From: the human T2T-CHM13v2.0 reference genome, Homo sapiens
Assembly (NCBI RefSeq): GCF_009914755.1
Contig: NC_060945.1
DNA: 64,000 nucleotides
Strand: one strand, 5' to 3'
The translations under genes were made by a program, and so were the position numbers. Of the stretch, positions 26,231 through 39,808 are shown in pieces (position 1 is the first letter of the stretch; each line of letters starts with the position of its first letter). The notes below the pieces were generated by a model that did not search any database, was not told the DNA's origin, and saw nothing but the letters and a program-made list of their open reading frames with translations.

Positions 26231-28699
26231 TGGATGTAAGAATAGTAAAATTAAATGAAAATTGAGGTAAAATATAATTAAGATCTCTGCATATAATTTA
26301 TGTCTTGAAACCTTTGATTATAAAGTGTTTCCTAGACCCTTTCACAGAAAAATCTCCATATAGCTATTAATAAGAGGAAAATCCATTAGCACACGAATAA
26401 CAGATTGTGAATAAAAAGCTGAACAAATACTCATCTCCATTGCTGAATTCATACTGTGCAGTGTTGCATACCTTAATCCTTGTCGCTTTATTACAATGAC
26501 AAAAAAAGTTGCACGCAAACAGTGAAATAAAATGTCAAGATATTTCTGCCTGGAAGGAGAAATCATGCAAAGATTGTCTATTTGTGTTCTTTAAGAAAAC
26601 ATCACCAGGACAGAAAAAGAAAGAAATCCAAGCTTTCTCAGTAGGACAAAGTTTGAGGAATCTGGCTTAAAAAGTCTATTCTCTCCGGCTGTCATCTCAA
26701 CAACAAAAAATACCCATTCTACACTTAAGTTGAATTTTTCTTGCTTGCTTTCAGCAAAGATAGAGTCATTTTTAATAAAAGGTTTTTATTTTAGTTTTAG
26801 CTAATTATTTGTGATGCCTTCTTCATACACTGTATCCTATTCCAGCAGAAAATCTACTTGGATTTATAGCTGAAAAAATTGTGATACACACATTACCTTT
26901 GATCATTATTTTTCATAATGATAGTCAGCACTAAAATTCCTACATTATAGAAGCTTAGAGGAACAATTCAGTCAGCAAAGGGATGAGTGTGTAGGAGATG
27001 ATTTTGAATCAGTAGTTACTTAGAAAAAAACTACTTTTACTTAGATTGTTCATTTGAGATGGCTAGAAAGAGGCAGATAAAATACATGGTGTTTACAAAG
27101 TATCGTAGTAACTCAATGAAAGTCTTTGAATGCATTAATAAAGATGGAAATATTGTAAATAAGAGTAACATGAAATTTGACAACTATCAAATGTCCGTTT
27201 GAGGTAGTGACTCATGTATAGCTGTATAATATGAACCTCCTTTACTGCATATAGCTGAAAATAAGTAGTAGGAAAAATAATTTTTTTTCATTTTTAATGG
27301 TTTATTTCTTCTTGAATATAAGGATATGTGAGCTCCATCAACAAAAATGCAGTGACTAACAGAAGACAAAGGTAGATAAATGAAATAGATTTGACTTGTC
27401 ATTTGTTTTCATAGATTCAGATTTCCTGTGTGTTCCCTTTATTTGAAAAGTTTTAGTAGTGTTGTCACACTTCTCTTAGGTTTTAAAAATTAGTTTGAAA
27501 TTTAAATAAACATAAGTCTAATGCTTTGAAGCAATAGAAATGATTATTTGGTTTGTAATTAATGCAGTTGTTTACCATTACTTTTTATAATATTTTACTT
27601 AATGTAAGGAATATGATGCTTATTAAACATGAACTATGTATCAGAGTTAGCATGTATATTATTTATTTAATCTTGAAAGGTAAATATACATTCACCCACA
27701 CAGAATGAATAGGGGAAATTGCAAATGTATTGTATGATTTGCCCATACTCTGTGAATCAAAACTCGTTCACACTCTTAAGCTTAGTGTCTATGGAATATA
27801 GTGACCTATTGTGTAAATGATGTCACCCTTTCTTTTATTGTTTTATCATTTAATGTTTTATTTACTTTTATGAGATTTTTCACGACTGGAAGAGTGCCTT
27901 AAATATATTTTTCAATTATTTTATTTAAAATAATACCTTTAATAGAGCTGTCATACTTTTAATGGTTTGTCAAATCAATCAGTAACAATCTGTCCAAAAG
28001 CATTCTGCTTGTCTATCCCAATTATTACCAGTGTGTCCAGTGAGCAGGTGAAATGTATAATCTGAGAAACTTAAATGAAAAAACAGTAATAGTTCTATTT
28101 TATTCTCAAATAAGCAAATCCAAATTACTCTTTTTGTATGTTTTCCAACTATTCAATTTGGAGTATGCAATTATATTTGTTTTACTGGCAAAGAGACAAT
28201 AGCAATGTAACACATCTCAAATAGGATATCTGATGAATTTATTGGTAAAACAAAACATTAGTTCATAAGTGTATTTGGAGGGTCGAGCTATTTCCAAAAG
28301 TCTAAACAATCAAAAAGGTAACCAGAGTACTCTTTTACTATTGCTTTCCAATGTTTCTCCAAAGAATTGGAATTATATTTATTTAGAGTTCAATCTAATA
28401 CCAAAAAAATTAAGAAAAAAGTTATAATAGTCTAGTTGTAGGTTAAATCATTATTTTTTAACATAATTAAACATTCAAAACTAATAAAGCATTATTTAAA
28501 TATTAGCAATCTGAATCATTTCACTGACTATTCTAGATAACTATGTAATGTGTTTGGTTTCGTGAAATGTTTATATAAATGAATAATTTATAAAAGGTAT
28601 AATTAATATAAATAACAATACAATACACACTCAAATATTCACTATCTTAAGTGTTGTATTCCCAGTATCTCAGAAACTCCTTGTAGAACACTTTTCATT

Positions 28700-30760
28700 T
28701 GTAGCTGCTGTTCTCATTCCATGAATGAAAGCCTGTTTATATTAGAAATTTTTGTTTAGAAATAATATTTATAGTTTAGTAATTTTGAAATTTATATTTA
28801 AATACAGTCATGTTGTGTGCAATGTTTTGTGATTTGGCTGCTTTTTCCAACATTGGTTTTGTGACGTTTCTTCAGGTTGATTTCTGTAACTACAGTTTTT
28901 TCTTTTTTTTCTGCATTTTATGTTCGGTCTACTCTTGACACTCATTTAAGGGGTGTGAACGGGTTTTTTGTTTGGTTTGTCACCTCTTTTGTTTTTAACC
29001 CCAACTATTTCTAAGAAAAGCTCCTTTGTACATAACTCCTAGATTATATACACAGGAGTTTGTTTAGAATTGGAGTTGCTGGGCTGCATATATTTAACTT
29101 TAGTGGATGAACTGGGCTAAAATAGATACCTCTCCGTATTTATTGATGTCAGAATCTTGGCTACTGGTTCAGTGGAGAACCTCAGTCATTGTCTCATCTC
29201 CAAAATCATTGTGCTCAACTTGGTAGTTGTCACTTTAGCTAGAGGTTTTGGGACTAATCCAGCCAGATCACACAAGGCCTGAAGGGCCTTTCTACTCCTC
29301 TGAAGTGCTCCACATTTTGTACAGACTGAGATGCCTTTTGATCAAGAAAAGACAGGAGACGGGGCTTAAAAGAACACATTTCTCACGCTCTGTCTCTCTT
29401 AATAGTCTTTTCTTCAGTGTAGTGGGTTCATAAAACTTCTCCAGAGAAAATTTACTTCACTGAGCAAACAGCAGTATTTCCTGGGAGGTTTCAGTGCCGC
29501 TCTACATTACTTTACTCTCTTCCTTCCTCGCTTCCCTATTTCCTTCACTCTTTATTGAGCTAAGACTTTAAGTACACCAAACTCCCTCTAAAATAAAATG
29601 CTCCACTTTCACATGAACCGGCAGTGAGCAACAGATCGATTCCTCCATTACCTCCTTCACACTCTCCATAATCTAATTTCTAGTTTTCTACCAACATCAA
29701 GGACTTAAAAATGGCACTTAATTTTAATTTCAGATTGCATTTTTCTGGGTATTACCAGTGTCGAAAGTTTATAGACTATTCCTGTCTCTTCCATGGGATC
29801 TCAGTTCATGATGCTTGCATTTCTTTCTTTCTGGTTGTTTGTCTTTTTCTTTTGTTTTTTAATTTCTATGTTTTTTTCATATTTATATAATGTAGATATT
29901 AATGTTTCATCAGTTATTTGATTAATATAGCTCATCCTGATTTACTATTTGTACAGTCAGCCCTTTAAATCCCTGGGTTCTGCATCCATGAATTCAATCA
30001 ATTGCAGATTCAAAATATTCAAATAAAATTTTGCAAAATTTCAGAAAGTAAAACTGGAATTTGTCAGACACTGAGTCCTGTGCTGAGCTCATGTAAATGA
30101 AATGATATGTAGGCATTGTATTATTTATTACAAGTTGACCTAGGGATGATTTAAAGTATACGGGAGAATGTGTAGTAGGCTACATGTAAGTACTATTGCC
30201 ATTTCATATAAGGGACTTGAGCACCCACGGATTGTGGTGTCTGCAGGGGGAGAGGGAGAGTGGGCCCTGGAAAAAAGAAATCTCCCATAGATATAGAGGG
30301 GGGATGACTGTATTTTTACTTTTTATGACATATGCTAAAACAGAAATTTGTAACTTTAATGTTGATAGATTTATCAATGTATTTCTTTATATTTTATATG
30401 CTTGTTTCTTTTGAGAAATCACCTGCCGTTTCAAAATTGTGGATTACTTCTTATTGTCCTCTAAAGTTTTATAATGTACCTTTCACATGTAAGTATTTAG
30501 TCCAACTGGAGTTGATTTTCTGCTTGTGGCTTAAGGTGGAGCTAGAAGCCTTGCATCCTTTATTATAAAGTTGATATTATACCCACCTATTGTCAATGTC
30601 CACTCTGATATAAATCAAGTTAAGATTATGTTTATTTATTCTATATTCCATACAGCAGCCTGATGTTCTAATTTTGTTCCCAAACTCCACTGTCTTATTT
30701 AATAATGCTATATATAAAACGAGGTGTAATATCTTTTAAGTACAGTCCTACCACATCATT
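28700..30760 (-). mobile_element. L1ME-type fragments (about 28700-29105 and 29680-30760)
   Basis: TAGAATTGGAGTTGCTGGG, TTTCAGATTGCATTTTTCTG, TTCACATGTAAGTATTTAGTCCAACTGGAGTTGATTTT. Confidence 0.55.
29954..30310 (-). mobile_element. MER2/MER2B (TcMar-Tigger MITE)
   Basis: TIRs CAGTCAGCCCT and GGGATGACTG, flanked by the TA TSD on both sides; internal GATGATTTAAAGTATACGGGAG and ATAAGGGACTTGAGCA. Confidence 0.9.
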
Positions 30761-30774
30761 TTTCTTTCTCTATT

Positions 30775-30980
30775 TTACTGCCTGGAGGTTCAGAAGCCTT
30801 CTTGAAATGATGAACATAGCTGAAGAGAGTGTGACCCTAATGTCAGTGAGCTGCTGAGTGACTGTCACCATATGCTTATCTCAAGATTTCTCAGTAAACC
30901 ATGAGAAAAGGAATTCTGTTTTAAAGCCAGTGTTATTTGAAACGTCTGTTACATGCTGCCAAATGTATCCTTAATTGACA
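30775..30980 (+). mobile_element. MLT1 (H/J-like) LTR 3' part
   Basis: GTTTTAAAGCCAGTGTTATTTG...TCTGTTACATGCTGCCAAATGTATCCTTAATTGACA. Confidence 0.6.
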
Positions 30981-31714
30981 AAACCATTCTGGGAGAATAA
31001 TTTCTAGATTCTGAAAGGTGCTTTTTACTCAGGGCTAATGCCCAGCCACAACACACATTTCAACTAGTGACTTAAACCTAGTGGACATTAAAAGTTTCAG
31101 AGTCAATGTCCCCTGTGGTTTGTTGAACTTTTTCATTGTCACTCACATTTTCTCTATTGCACAGTTTTCTACAGAATCACTCAAGATCTAGATGTTCCAT
31201 ATTCTTCCTAAGTACTTTTTCCATATCGAGCCTCTCCTGAGAAAATCTCAGAGAATAAATCTATGAAATGGCAGTTTGCCATGTTAATTTCAAAAACAAA
31301 AAATGTCTCCAAAGATTTTGTGATACTTTAAGCAAAAAAATCACAGATTTGAGATTTAAAAATAGATAAAAAATATGCCTTATAGAGAATAATGAACAGA
31401 TCTTACACTTATAAAAGATGTATTTGGGTAGTTAGGACATATCGAAGGGTGTCCAGAACAATGATGAGTAGCTGTATAATCTCACTTAAATTAGTCACAT
31501 AATTTCCTGGGAGTCCAGGATAGCTTCTTCCTAAATGAGAAAGTTTTACTCAGGTCTCGGTGGTTCTTATTTCTTTCATTGTCCAGTTGATACTGTTACA
31601 TTCTTTGAAAATGAATGTCACAGATTGTTTGTTTCGGCACAAATGCTGACCTACCACTTTCCTGCACCTTGTATTGTACCACTCTGTAGCAAACATTTGG
31701 CCAGTATTATAAAT

Positions 31715-31942
31715 TATAGAGCCAGAAAGTAGAATAGTGGTTGCCAGAGGCTGAACTGGGGGCAGTGGGAATGCAGGATTATTATTTAGCCAGTGTAGAA
31801 TTTGAGTTTTACAATATAAAGAGTTCTGGAGGTGGATGATGGTTGTACAACTTTATAAATTTATTTAATGCCATCAACTATACACTTAACATGGTGAAGA
31901 TTGTAAATTTTATGATATGTGTATTTTATTGCAATAAAAAAG
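31715..31942 (+). mobile_element. L1MB 3' end
   Basis: AGAAAGTAGAATAGTGGTTGCCAGAGGCTG...ACACTTAACATGGTGAAGATTGTAAATTTTATG...AATAAAAAA. Confidence 0.85.
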
Positions 31943-31992
31943 GGGCAACAAGAATTAACTGGTCTTTCTTAATGTTCCCAAGACTGTCATCA

Positions 31993-32338
<346 letters not shown>

Positions 32339-33642
32339 TCATACCTTGAGTGCAAGCCCACTGCATATAGGAGCTAACTTGAAATGTCATGTTCAAAAGT
32401 AGTTTATAAAACACTTAGAGATACTAGTTATCTTTCCCTTAAAATAGCAAGCTGGGGCACAGGCCAGCACAAACTGTTTTGTCTTTTAAGGGCCTCCATT
32501 AGAAGAAACTAAACACACATGTTCTTCAAAATAGTTAATTCTCTAAAAGTATCAGTCAGGAAACACCTATAATATGCGCAGTGTCTTCTCCTATGCATGG
32601 TTTAGGTTGCAATTTTCCCTCTAACCCAGGTTTCTCATTTATTCCATTACTAATTTTTCCTATATTTTCTAAGAAATTCTGGTTTGCTAATGGCTCCTTT
32701 TCTAGAAATTAACACTGTGGTAGATCTATTTTTGTTTATATCATTGCTATCATTTTAATGTGAGATTATGAGAAAAGAGTGACATTTCAAAAAAAAAGGA
32801 ACAAAAAGTATAGAAACATTAATGTACAGTTTAAAACACTGGGATAGTAAACGATGACCATTAACTTATTTGTCTTTGTAAAAATAAAAGAAAAAAAGTA
32901 CTAGAATTGTAAACACAGTAGTGGGGAAGTAAAATGTGTTTGGAAAGAAAGAGGAAAAAATTCAGTGCCTTATTGAAATAGAGAAAATTTTATATTTATT
33001 TGAAGAGTGCTCTCTCTCTCTCACTCATATAGTAGGTAGGAATAAAATAAATACTTAAGGTTACTTATATATTGAGGAAAATATTATGAGAGTTAATGAG
33101 CTATTTAATGACAGATTGTCACAATCTTTTCTCAATAAACTAGGAAATGACCTCAGCTTAATGAGAGTGAAGATTTTGGCATGAGAAGAAATGAGAGTTT
33201 AAGCAGGACAATGAGAGACTAATCAAAATATCAATGACCCACAACAAAAATCAAATTTAAATTGGAGATCATGAATCTGTAATTTATAAAGTTTTTATGT
33301 CTCTTCCTATTTTTCCAACAATGTTTTGTTCCTCTGGAGAGAGAGGCGATGAGAAGAGAGAGAATGCGGCTAGTGAGATATAAGTTAATTAATTCATTCC
33401 ACATTTTATTTCATTCAACAATTATTTAATACTTACGATAAGCTAGGCATGTTTAAACCAAAGCAAATGAGAAGCATTCTCTGTCAGCAATGAATTTTCA
33501 GTCTATCAGGCAACGGTTATTTAAAGAGGGTGATAGTATATTTTGTCAAATGTTTTTAAATAGTTATTTAAATGCAGGATTAAATTATTGATTAATTTGT
33601 AGAGAAAATACATTTTTGTTTTTAAAAATGTGTATCAAGCTG

Positions 33643-33972
33643 TGATATGGTTTGGCTCTGTGTCCCCACCCAAATCTCATCTCCAATTGTAATCCCCATA
33701 TGTCAAGGGAAGGATCTGGTGGGAGGTAATTGAATCATGGGGGCAGATTTCCCCCTTGCTGTTCTCCTGATAATGATTGCTCACAAAATCTGGTTGTTTG
33801 ATAAGTGTCTGGCACTTCCCCATGCTCACTCTCTCTCACCTGCCGCCATGTGAGACCTGAATTGCTTCCCATTCACCTTCCACCATGATTGTATAACTGT
33901 AAGTCAATTAAATCTCCTTTCTTTATAAATTACCAAGTCTCAGGTAGTGTCTTTATAGCAGTGTAAAAGCAG
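33643..33972 (+). mobile_element. THE1D/MSTA-type MaLR LTR
   Basis: TGATATGGTTTGGCTCTGTGTCCCCACCCAAATCTCATCT...TTTATAAATTACCAAGTCTCAGGTAG...TTTATAGCAGTGT. Confidence 0.92.
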
Positions 33973-34294
33973 GCTCTAGTGAAATAATTTGAGCATTTTC
34001 AATTGTCAATGGTAATGTTATTTCATTGGAGTTTTCACAAATCAGTAGGAAAAATAAACTGCCCAAGATACATGGATTGAGTATCATGTTCGTAATTTCC
34101 ATGCAATGGACACAGGCCAGTCCCTGTGCAGATCTCTGAGAATTATGTTTTTATAGAGAAATGTTCTAAAGAAAATATATCTGGTACAATGTTTAAAAAT
34201 AATCTCTAAAAGATCATTTTCTAGATGAAAATAAGTTGAAATATATAAATTACTTCAGTTCAATGCTTTTATTGCCTTTCCTCTGATGAGGAGA

Positions 34295-34426
34295 TGTAAC
34301 ACATTAAGAAAAAAAATCTTATGTGGTTTTCGTCCCAGGTTCCTGACACAGAGCTGCTAAAATTCTTGAGGTTTCCTGAGTAATGAGGGTGACAGGAACA
34401 CCTTACACAGAGCTCCTAAATCCCCT
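34295..34426 (+). mobile_element. MER21-like LTR 5' fragment
   Basis: GGTTCCTGACACAGAGCTGCTAAAATTCTTGAGGTTTCCTGAGTAATGAGGG and a second ACACAGAGCTCCTAAATCCC. Confidence 0.7.
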
Positions 34427-34530
34427 TGATGTGGTTTGGATCTGTGTCCCCACCGGAATCTCATGTTGAATTGTAATCTCCAACATTGGAAGTGGGATCT
34501 GGGGAAGGTGATTGGATCATAGAGGCAAAT
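34427..34530 (+). mobile_element. MST LTR, first ~100 bp only
   Basis: TGATGTGGTTTGGATCTGTGTCCCCACCGGAATCTCATGTTGAATTGTAATC...GGTGATTGGATCAT. Confidence 0.85.
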
Positions 34531-34657
34531 TAGCTGGGTGTGGTGGCGGGTGCCTGTAGTCCCAGCTACTTGGGAGGCTGAGGCAGGAGAATGGCATGAA
34601 CCCAGGAGGCAGAGCTTGCAGTGAGCTGAGATCCGCCACTGCACTCCAGCCTGGGCA
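34527..34657 (+). mobile_element. AluY-type right-monomer fragment, truncated at both ends, no tail
   Basis: AAATTAGCTGGG...GAATGGCATGAACCCAGGAGGCAGAGCTTGCAG...CCAGCCTGGGCA, then an abrupt switch to L1. Confidence 0.92.
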
Positions 34658-37600
34658 TTACTTTTAATGAAGGTGATTTTCTCTGGTGGTATGTTTTAAT
34701 TTCGTGGTTTTTATTTTTTGTGTATCTGTTGCATGTTTTTGGATTTGAGGTTACCATGAAGCTTGCAAATACCTGACATTGTTGATGATAACGCTGTTTG
34801 CATAAACAAACTAACAATCAAGCAAAGAGAAAACATTAAAAACTCTATACTTTTTATCTTTTGGTGTTTCTACTTTTATTGTACTGTCTATGTTTTGAAA
34901 AATTGCTGTAATTATTGTTTTTCATTAGTTCATCTTTTAGTCTTTCTACTCAAGATATGAGTAGTTTACATACTACAATTACTATTTTATAACATTCTGT
35001 GTTTTTCTGTGTTCTCACTATTACCTGTGAGTTTTCTATCTTCAAACAATTTCTCATTGCTTGTTAATGTCCTTATTCTTTCAGATTGAAGGACTCCCTT
35101 TAGCTTGCCTTGTAGTACAGGTCTAGCATTGATGAAATCCCTCAGCTTTTGTTTGTCCAGAAAAGTTTTTATTTCTCCTTAATGCTTGAAGGATACTTTC
35201 ACTGGATATAACATTCTAGAATTAAAGGATTTTTTTGTCAGCACTTCAAATATGTCTGCCACTGTCTCCTGGGCTGTCAGCTTTCCACTGAGAATTCTGC
35301 TGCCAGAAATATTGGAGTTCCTCTGTATGTTATTTGTTTCTTTTCTCCTGCTGCTTAGAATTCTTTCTTTATCCTTGACCTTTGGGAGTTTGATTACTAA
35401 ATGTCTTGAGGTAATCTTATTTCGGTTAAATATGTTTGGCATTCTATAAATGTCTTTTGTTGAAATGTTGATATCTTTCTCTATGTTTAGGAAGTTCTCT
35501 GTTCTTATCCCATTTCTACTTTCTATCCTGATCAATCTGTCTACCTCCTCTTTAAGATTAGTAACTCTCAGATTTGCCCTATTGAGGCTGTTTTCTAGAT
35601 CTTGCAGGTGTGCATCATTCTGTTTTCTTTTGTTTCCTCTGTGTACTTTCAAACAGACTGTCTTCAAGCTCACTAACTAATTATTTCTTGTGCTTGATCA
35701 ATTCTGCTGTTAAGAGACTCTGATGCATTGTTTAGTATGTCAATTGCATTTTTCAGCTCCTGGATTTTTGTTTGTTTTTTTTTTTTTATAATTTCAATCT
35801 CTTTGTGAAATGTATCTGATGGAATTCTGAATTTCTTCCCAGTGTTATCTTGAATTTCTTTGAGCTTCCTCAAAACAACTATTTTGAATTATCTGTATAA
35901 AAGGGCATCTATTTCTTTCTCTCTTGGATTGTTTACTGGTGCCTTATTTAGTTCGTTTGGTGAGATCATGTTGTCATGGATGACCTTGATGCTTGTGAAT
36001 GTTTGTCAGCATTGAAGAGTTAGATATTTGTGGGCCTTGAAGAGTTAGGTATTTATTATAATTTTTGCAGTCTGGGCTTATTTTACCTGTTCTTTCTAGA
36101 AAGGCTTTCCACATATTCGAAGGGGCTTGATTATTGTGATCTACATCTTTGGTCACTGCAGCCGTATCTGCATTAGGGGGCACCACGAACCCAGTAATGT
36201 TGTGGCTCCTACAGACTCAAAGATGTCCTGCCTTGTGTAGGTCTTGTGTAAGATCTAGGAGAATTCCTTGATTATCAAGCAGAAACTCTTGTTCTCTTCC
36301 CTTACTTTTCCCCAAACAAATGGAGTCTCCTTCTCTGTGATGAGCTGCTTAGAGCTGTGAGTGGGATGACACAAACACACCTGTAGCTACCACCACTGGG
36401 ACTGTGCTGGGTCAGACACAAAGCCAGCCTAATGGTCTTGCCTAAGGCCAACAATGACCACTGCCTGGCTACTGCCAACGTTTATTCAAAGCCCAAGGTC
36501 TCTACAATCAGCAGGTGGTGAATCATCCAGGCTTGTTTCCTTCCTGTCAGGGCAATGAATTCCCCCCTGGTTAAAGATGGGCCTGTATATGCCAACTGGG
36601 AGTCAAGGCTTCAAGTCAGGAACCTTAGGAAACCTGGTGCTCTATTCTACTGTAGGTGAGCTGGTCCTCAAGACACAAGAAAAAGTCCTTTGCACTCTTC
36701 CCTCATCTTTCTTTAAGCAGAGGAGCCTCACCCTGTGGTGACCACTGCCCCGGGCCTGCAGTGAGTAGTGCCTGGATACTGACAATGTTCCCTTAAGGCT
36801 CCAAAACTCTTGAGTCAGCTTGTAGTAGTTGCTGCTATTCCTGAGTCTGTCTCTTTGAGGGAGTGGGCTTCTCTGTGGCCCAGAGAAGATCCAGAAATGT
36901 CATCCAGGAGTCAAGGCTTAGAATGGGGAACCCTAGGAGTCAGCTTGGTGCTGTACCACACTGTGGTCAAGCTGGTACCCAAGCTGCCATACAAAATCCT
37001 CTTTACTCTTCTTTTTCCTTTCTGATTGCAGAAGGAGTCTCTCCTTGTAGCCACCACAGCTTAAAATGCACTGCATAACACCTGAAACCAGCACAGCATT
37101 GAGTCTCACCCAAGGGCCTGTGGTGCACACTGCCTGACTATCACTATTGATTATTCAGTGCCAACGGGCTCTTAAATCAGCAGATGATGAATTCTGCCAG
37201 GATTGGGTCCTTCCCTTCAAGGCAGTGGTTTCCCTTCTGGCCCAGGGAGTGTTTAGAAATGTCATCTGGGAGTTAGGGCCTGGAATGGGGGACTCAGGAC
37301 TCTGCCTGGTGCCCTGTTCTTCTGTGGCTGAGCTGGTATCTAAATTGTAAGAAAAAGTCCTCTTTATTGTCCCCTCTTCTCTCCTCATCCAGAGGGAAGG
37401 AGTCTCCCAGAGCTGCCAGTTGCACTATGTGGGGCTGAGAGGGATGATACAAGTACTCCCTTAGCCACCCTGGCTGTTGTCTCGCTATGTCACATACGGC
37501 ACAAGTCCACAAGCTCTGAGTCCAGCACAGCACCAAGACTTGCCCAGAAAGTGTAGTCCCTGTGGCGTAGACAGCCTTCCAAGTTCATTTAGGATCCCAG

Positions 37601-38087
37601 AGCTCATCATTCACCAGTGGTGGCAGGGCTTGCTGGAACTCAGTTTCCAACCACTGGGATGGGTGATTTCCCTCTGGCTAGGGCTGGGCTGCCGGCTCCC
37701 TCCACTGGCACTTGCTGAGTTCTATTTCATGCTGCTTTCCACTGCTACAGGCAGCACATAGAGTTCCAATGCAAAGTCCCACATCACTGCTCTTTCCCTC
37801 CCCTAAGTGCTCAGATTCTCTTTCTGTACCATACAACTTTGCTGGAAACCTGGTGAGGGGTGGTGTAAGCCGTTCAAGATGGTCTTTCCCAGCATCTTCT
37901 CGGCCTCTTTCCTTAATATGATGTTAAAACCAGGTACTGTGATCACTCACCTGATTTTTGGATCTTATAAAGTTTCTTATAAAGGTTTTTTTTGTGTGTA
38001 TGTGGATAGTTGTTCAATTTGGTATTCTTACAATGCAGACAGTTGTTGGAGGCTTCTGTTTGTCCATCCTGCTCTGCTTCCTCCCAA
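34658..38087 (-). mobile_element. L1M1/L1MA-type 5' half (5'UTR, ORF1, inter-ORF region), 3' part missing
   Basis: ORF1p remnants; GC-richer 5'UTR with a triplicated unit; ends near GTTAAAACCAGGTACTGTGATCACTCACCTGATTTTTGG...CTCTGCTTCCTCC. Confidence 0.88.
35179..35990 (-). pseudogene. L1 ORF1p remnant
   Basis: ORFs 35673-35873 (KLKEIQDNT...ESLNSRIDQAQEIIS, coiled coil) and 35179-35673 (NSLNRANLRV...SRHLVIKLPKVKDKERIL...RMLYPVKVSFKH). Confidence 0.9.
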
Positions 38088-38124
38088 CGTAAAAACATTT
38101 TAACGTCCAAAATTAGTTAACGGT

Positions 38125-38505
38125 AGTAAAGGAAAAACCCAAGACAAGTTAAATTTAACAGAGTTTATTTGAGCAGAAAAAAAAATGGTTCAGGAACAGT
38201 GTAGCACTCAGGATAAAAAGCAGTTCAGAGAGCTCTGTTCCGCAAGGAGTTCATGCACATGTACAGAAAGAGAAATGGAAATGACCTACAGAAATAGCCT
38301 GATTGCATTCAGTTTAGCTTTTGCCTTATTTGGGCATGTTGTGGTAGCTGTCAGCCTATGATTGGCTGAAGGTTTGGCTATTAAGAGTGGCTGAGAATAG
38401 GCTACTTGTTACAAGAGTATACACTCAGGTTAGGTTGCAGTTTGTTTACACATTAAGTTAGGTAATAATTCACTATGTATGGAGGTAGCTTTCCGCCAAA
38501 CAATA
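38125..38505 (-). mobile_element. ERV1 (MER4-group) solo LTR
   Basis: AAATTTAACAGAGTTTATTTGAGC (antisense poly-A signal), TTTGCCTTATTTG, GATTGGCTG, CTACTTGTTACAAGAGTA. Confidence 0.65.
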
Positions 38506-39808
38506 GTTAGTAGTAAATAACAATAGTAATAAGGAGCAATACTTAATATTGCCTTGTCTATTTCATGATTTGCTTAGAACCTGCTCTCAATCAAACAAAT
38601 TAAAGGCATTTTTCTCACTATGATTTGCATATTAAAACATTCTAAAAAATAAATGTTGGCATTTGGAAGCTGTTTGCAAGAAAAATTAGAATTTCAAATT
38701 TATATCTTTCTTACATTTCAAAGATGCGTAATAAAAGTTAGTTGTGAGCAGTTCCAATTTAGGTCTCTATTCTTCCTCTTCTCTCATCTTTTTTTTTTTT
38801 TATGATCAACTATATTCCTCCATTTTTTTCCCTCCATAAACTGAGAACAATTTCAAGTTTATTTTCTGCACCACACATTTCATTTTTCCTACAAATGTGA
38901 ATGTGGTAAATCTTAATTATGTTGTCTTTCTGAGTTCCTTACAATCTGTCCTAATCACATCCACCTCTATTTTTGTATCTGTAGAATTATCTTGTTGTTT
39001 TTCTCAGAAAGCCTAAGATTTTTTTAAAATTAAACTAAAGGAAAAATAGATAATTCTTTAAACCTTTTTTTCAAACATTTATATAATTGTCTTCCATTGT
39101 ATTTGCTATTTTTTTTCCTAGAGTTTGAGTTTGTTTGTTTTGTTTGTTTCCACTGGATGAAAGATGCAAGCTGGATTTGTGGACTGTCCTTGAATCTGCA
39201 ACCCCATTCCTGTGCCCCCGGGTTGCTGGGCTTCCTGACTCTGTATTGTAAACTTAAATGGTCAGTTCATAAATTCTCCCTGAGAGAAATGATAAGAAAT
39301 AAAATATGGAGATTTCCACAAGAGAGGTAGGGAGGTTAACCTATATGCTGATATTTTCTGTGGGCCTCATTATTTCTCTTTTTCTTTCTCTCCTTGTATA
39401 TACACATTATTTATATATGTTACATATATTATGCAATATATTATTCATGTTGTGTGTGTGTGTATGTGTATATATATATGTTCACTGCTCAATCCAGCTT
39501 AGTGCTCTTGCTTGAAAGATACATGTAATTTATGAAACATTATCTTAGCTTTACAAATCAGTATAATCATTAATTTAGTAGCATAATAACAATTGGAGAG
39601 ATCTGATTCCTGCCACTACAAGCTCCCTGCCCTCACTTAGGGCAAAGACTACCTCAGACATGGATGTACTTTGTGTCTAGGTGTACTCTGAGATATGCAA
39701 GCAGCTCAGCACAGAGTTTGGGATGCTCCAATTAAATGTAAAGGAGATTTTACTGTAGATAAAAGTTCTTGTTCTTCTTTACCTTATACTCACCCTATAC
39801 TTCTTTAC

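Noticed and set aside
34345-34425. Direct repeat ACACAGAGCT(G/C)CTAAA
   Set aside because: Recalled as a native internal repeat of MER21 LTRs.
35179-35673. Longest ORF (164 aa) as a host gene
   Set aside because: It is a frameshifted L1 ORF1p remnant.
36012-36054. 25-bp-period duplication TTGAAGAGTTAG(A/G)TATTT
   Set aside because: Ordinary slippage duplication within a dead L1.
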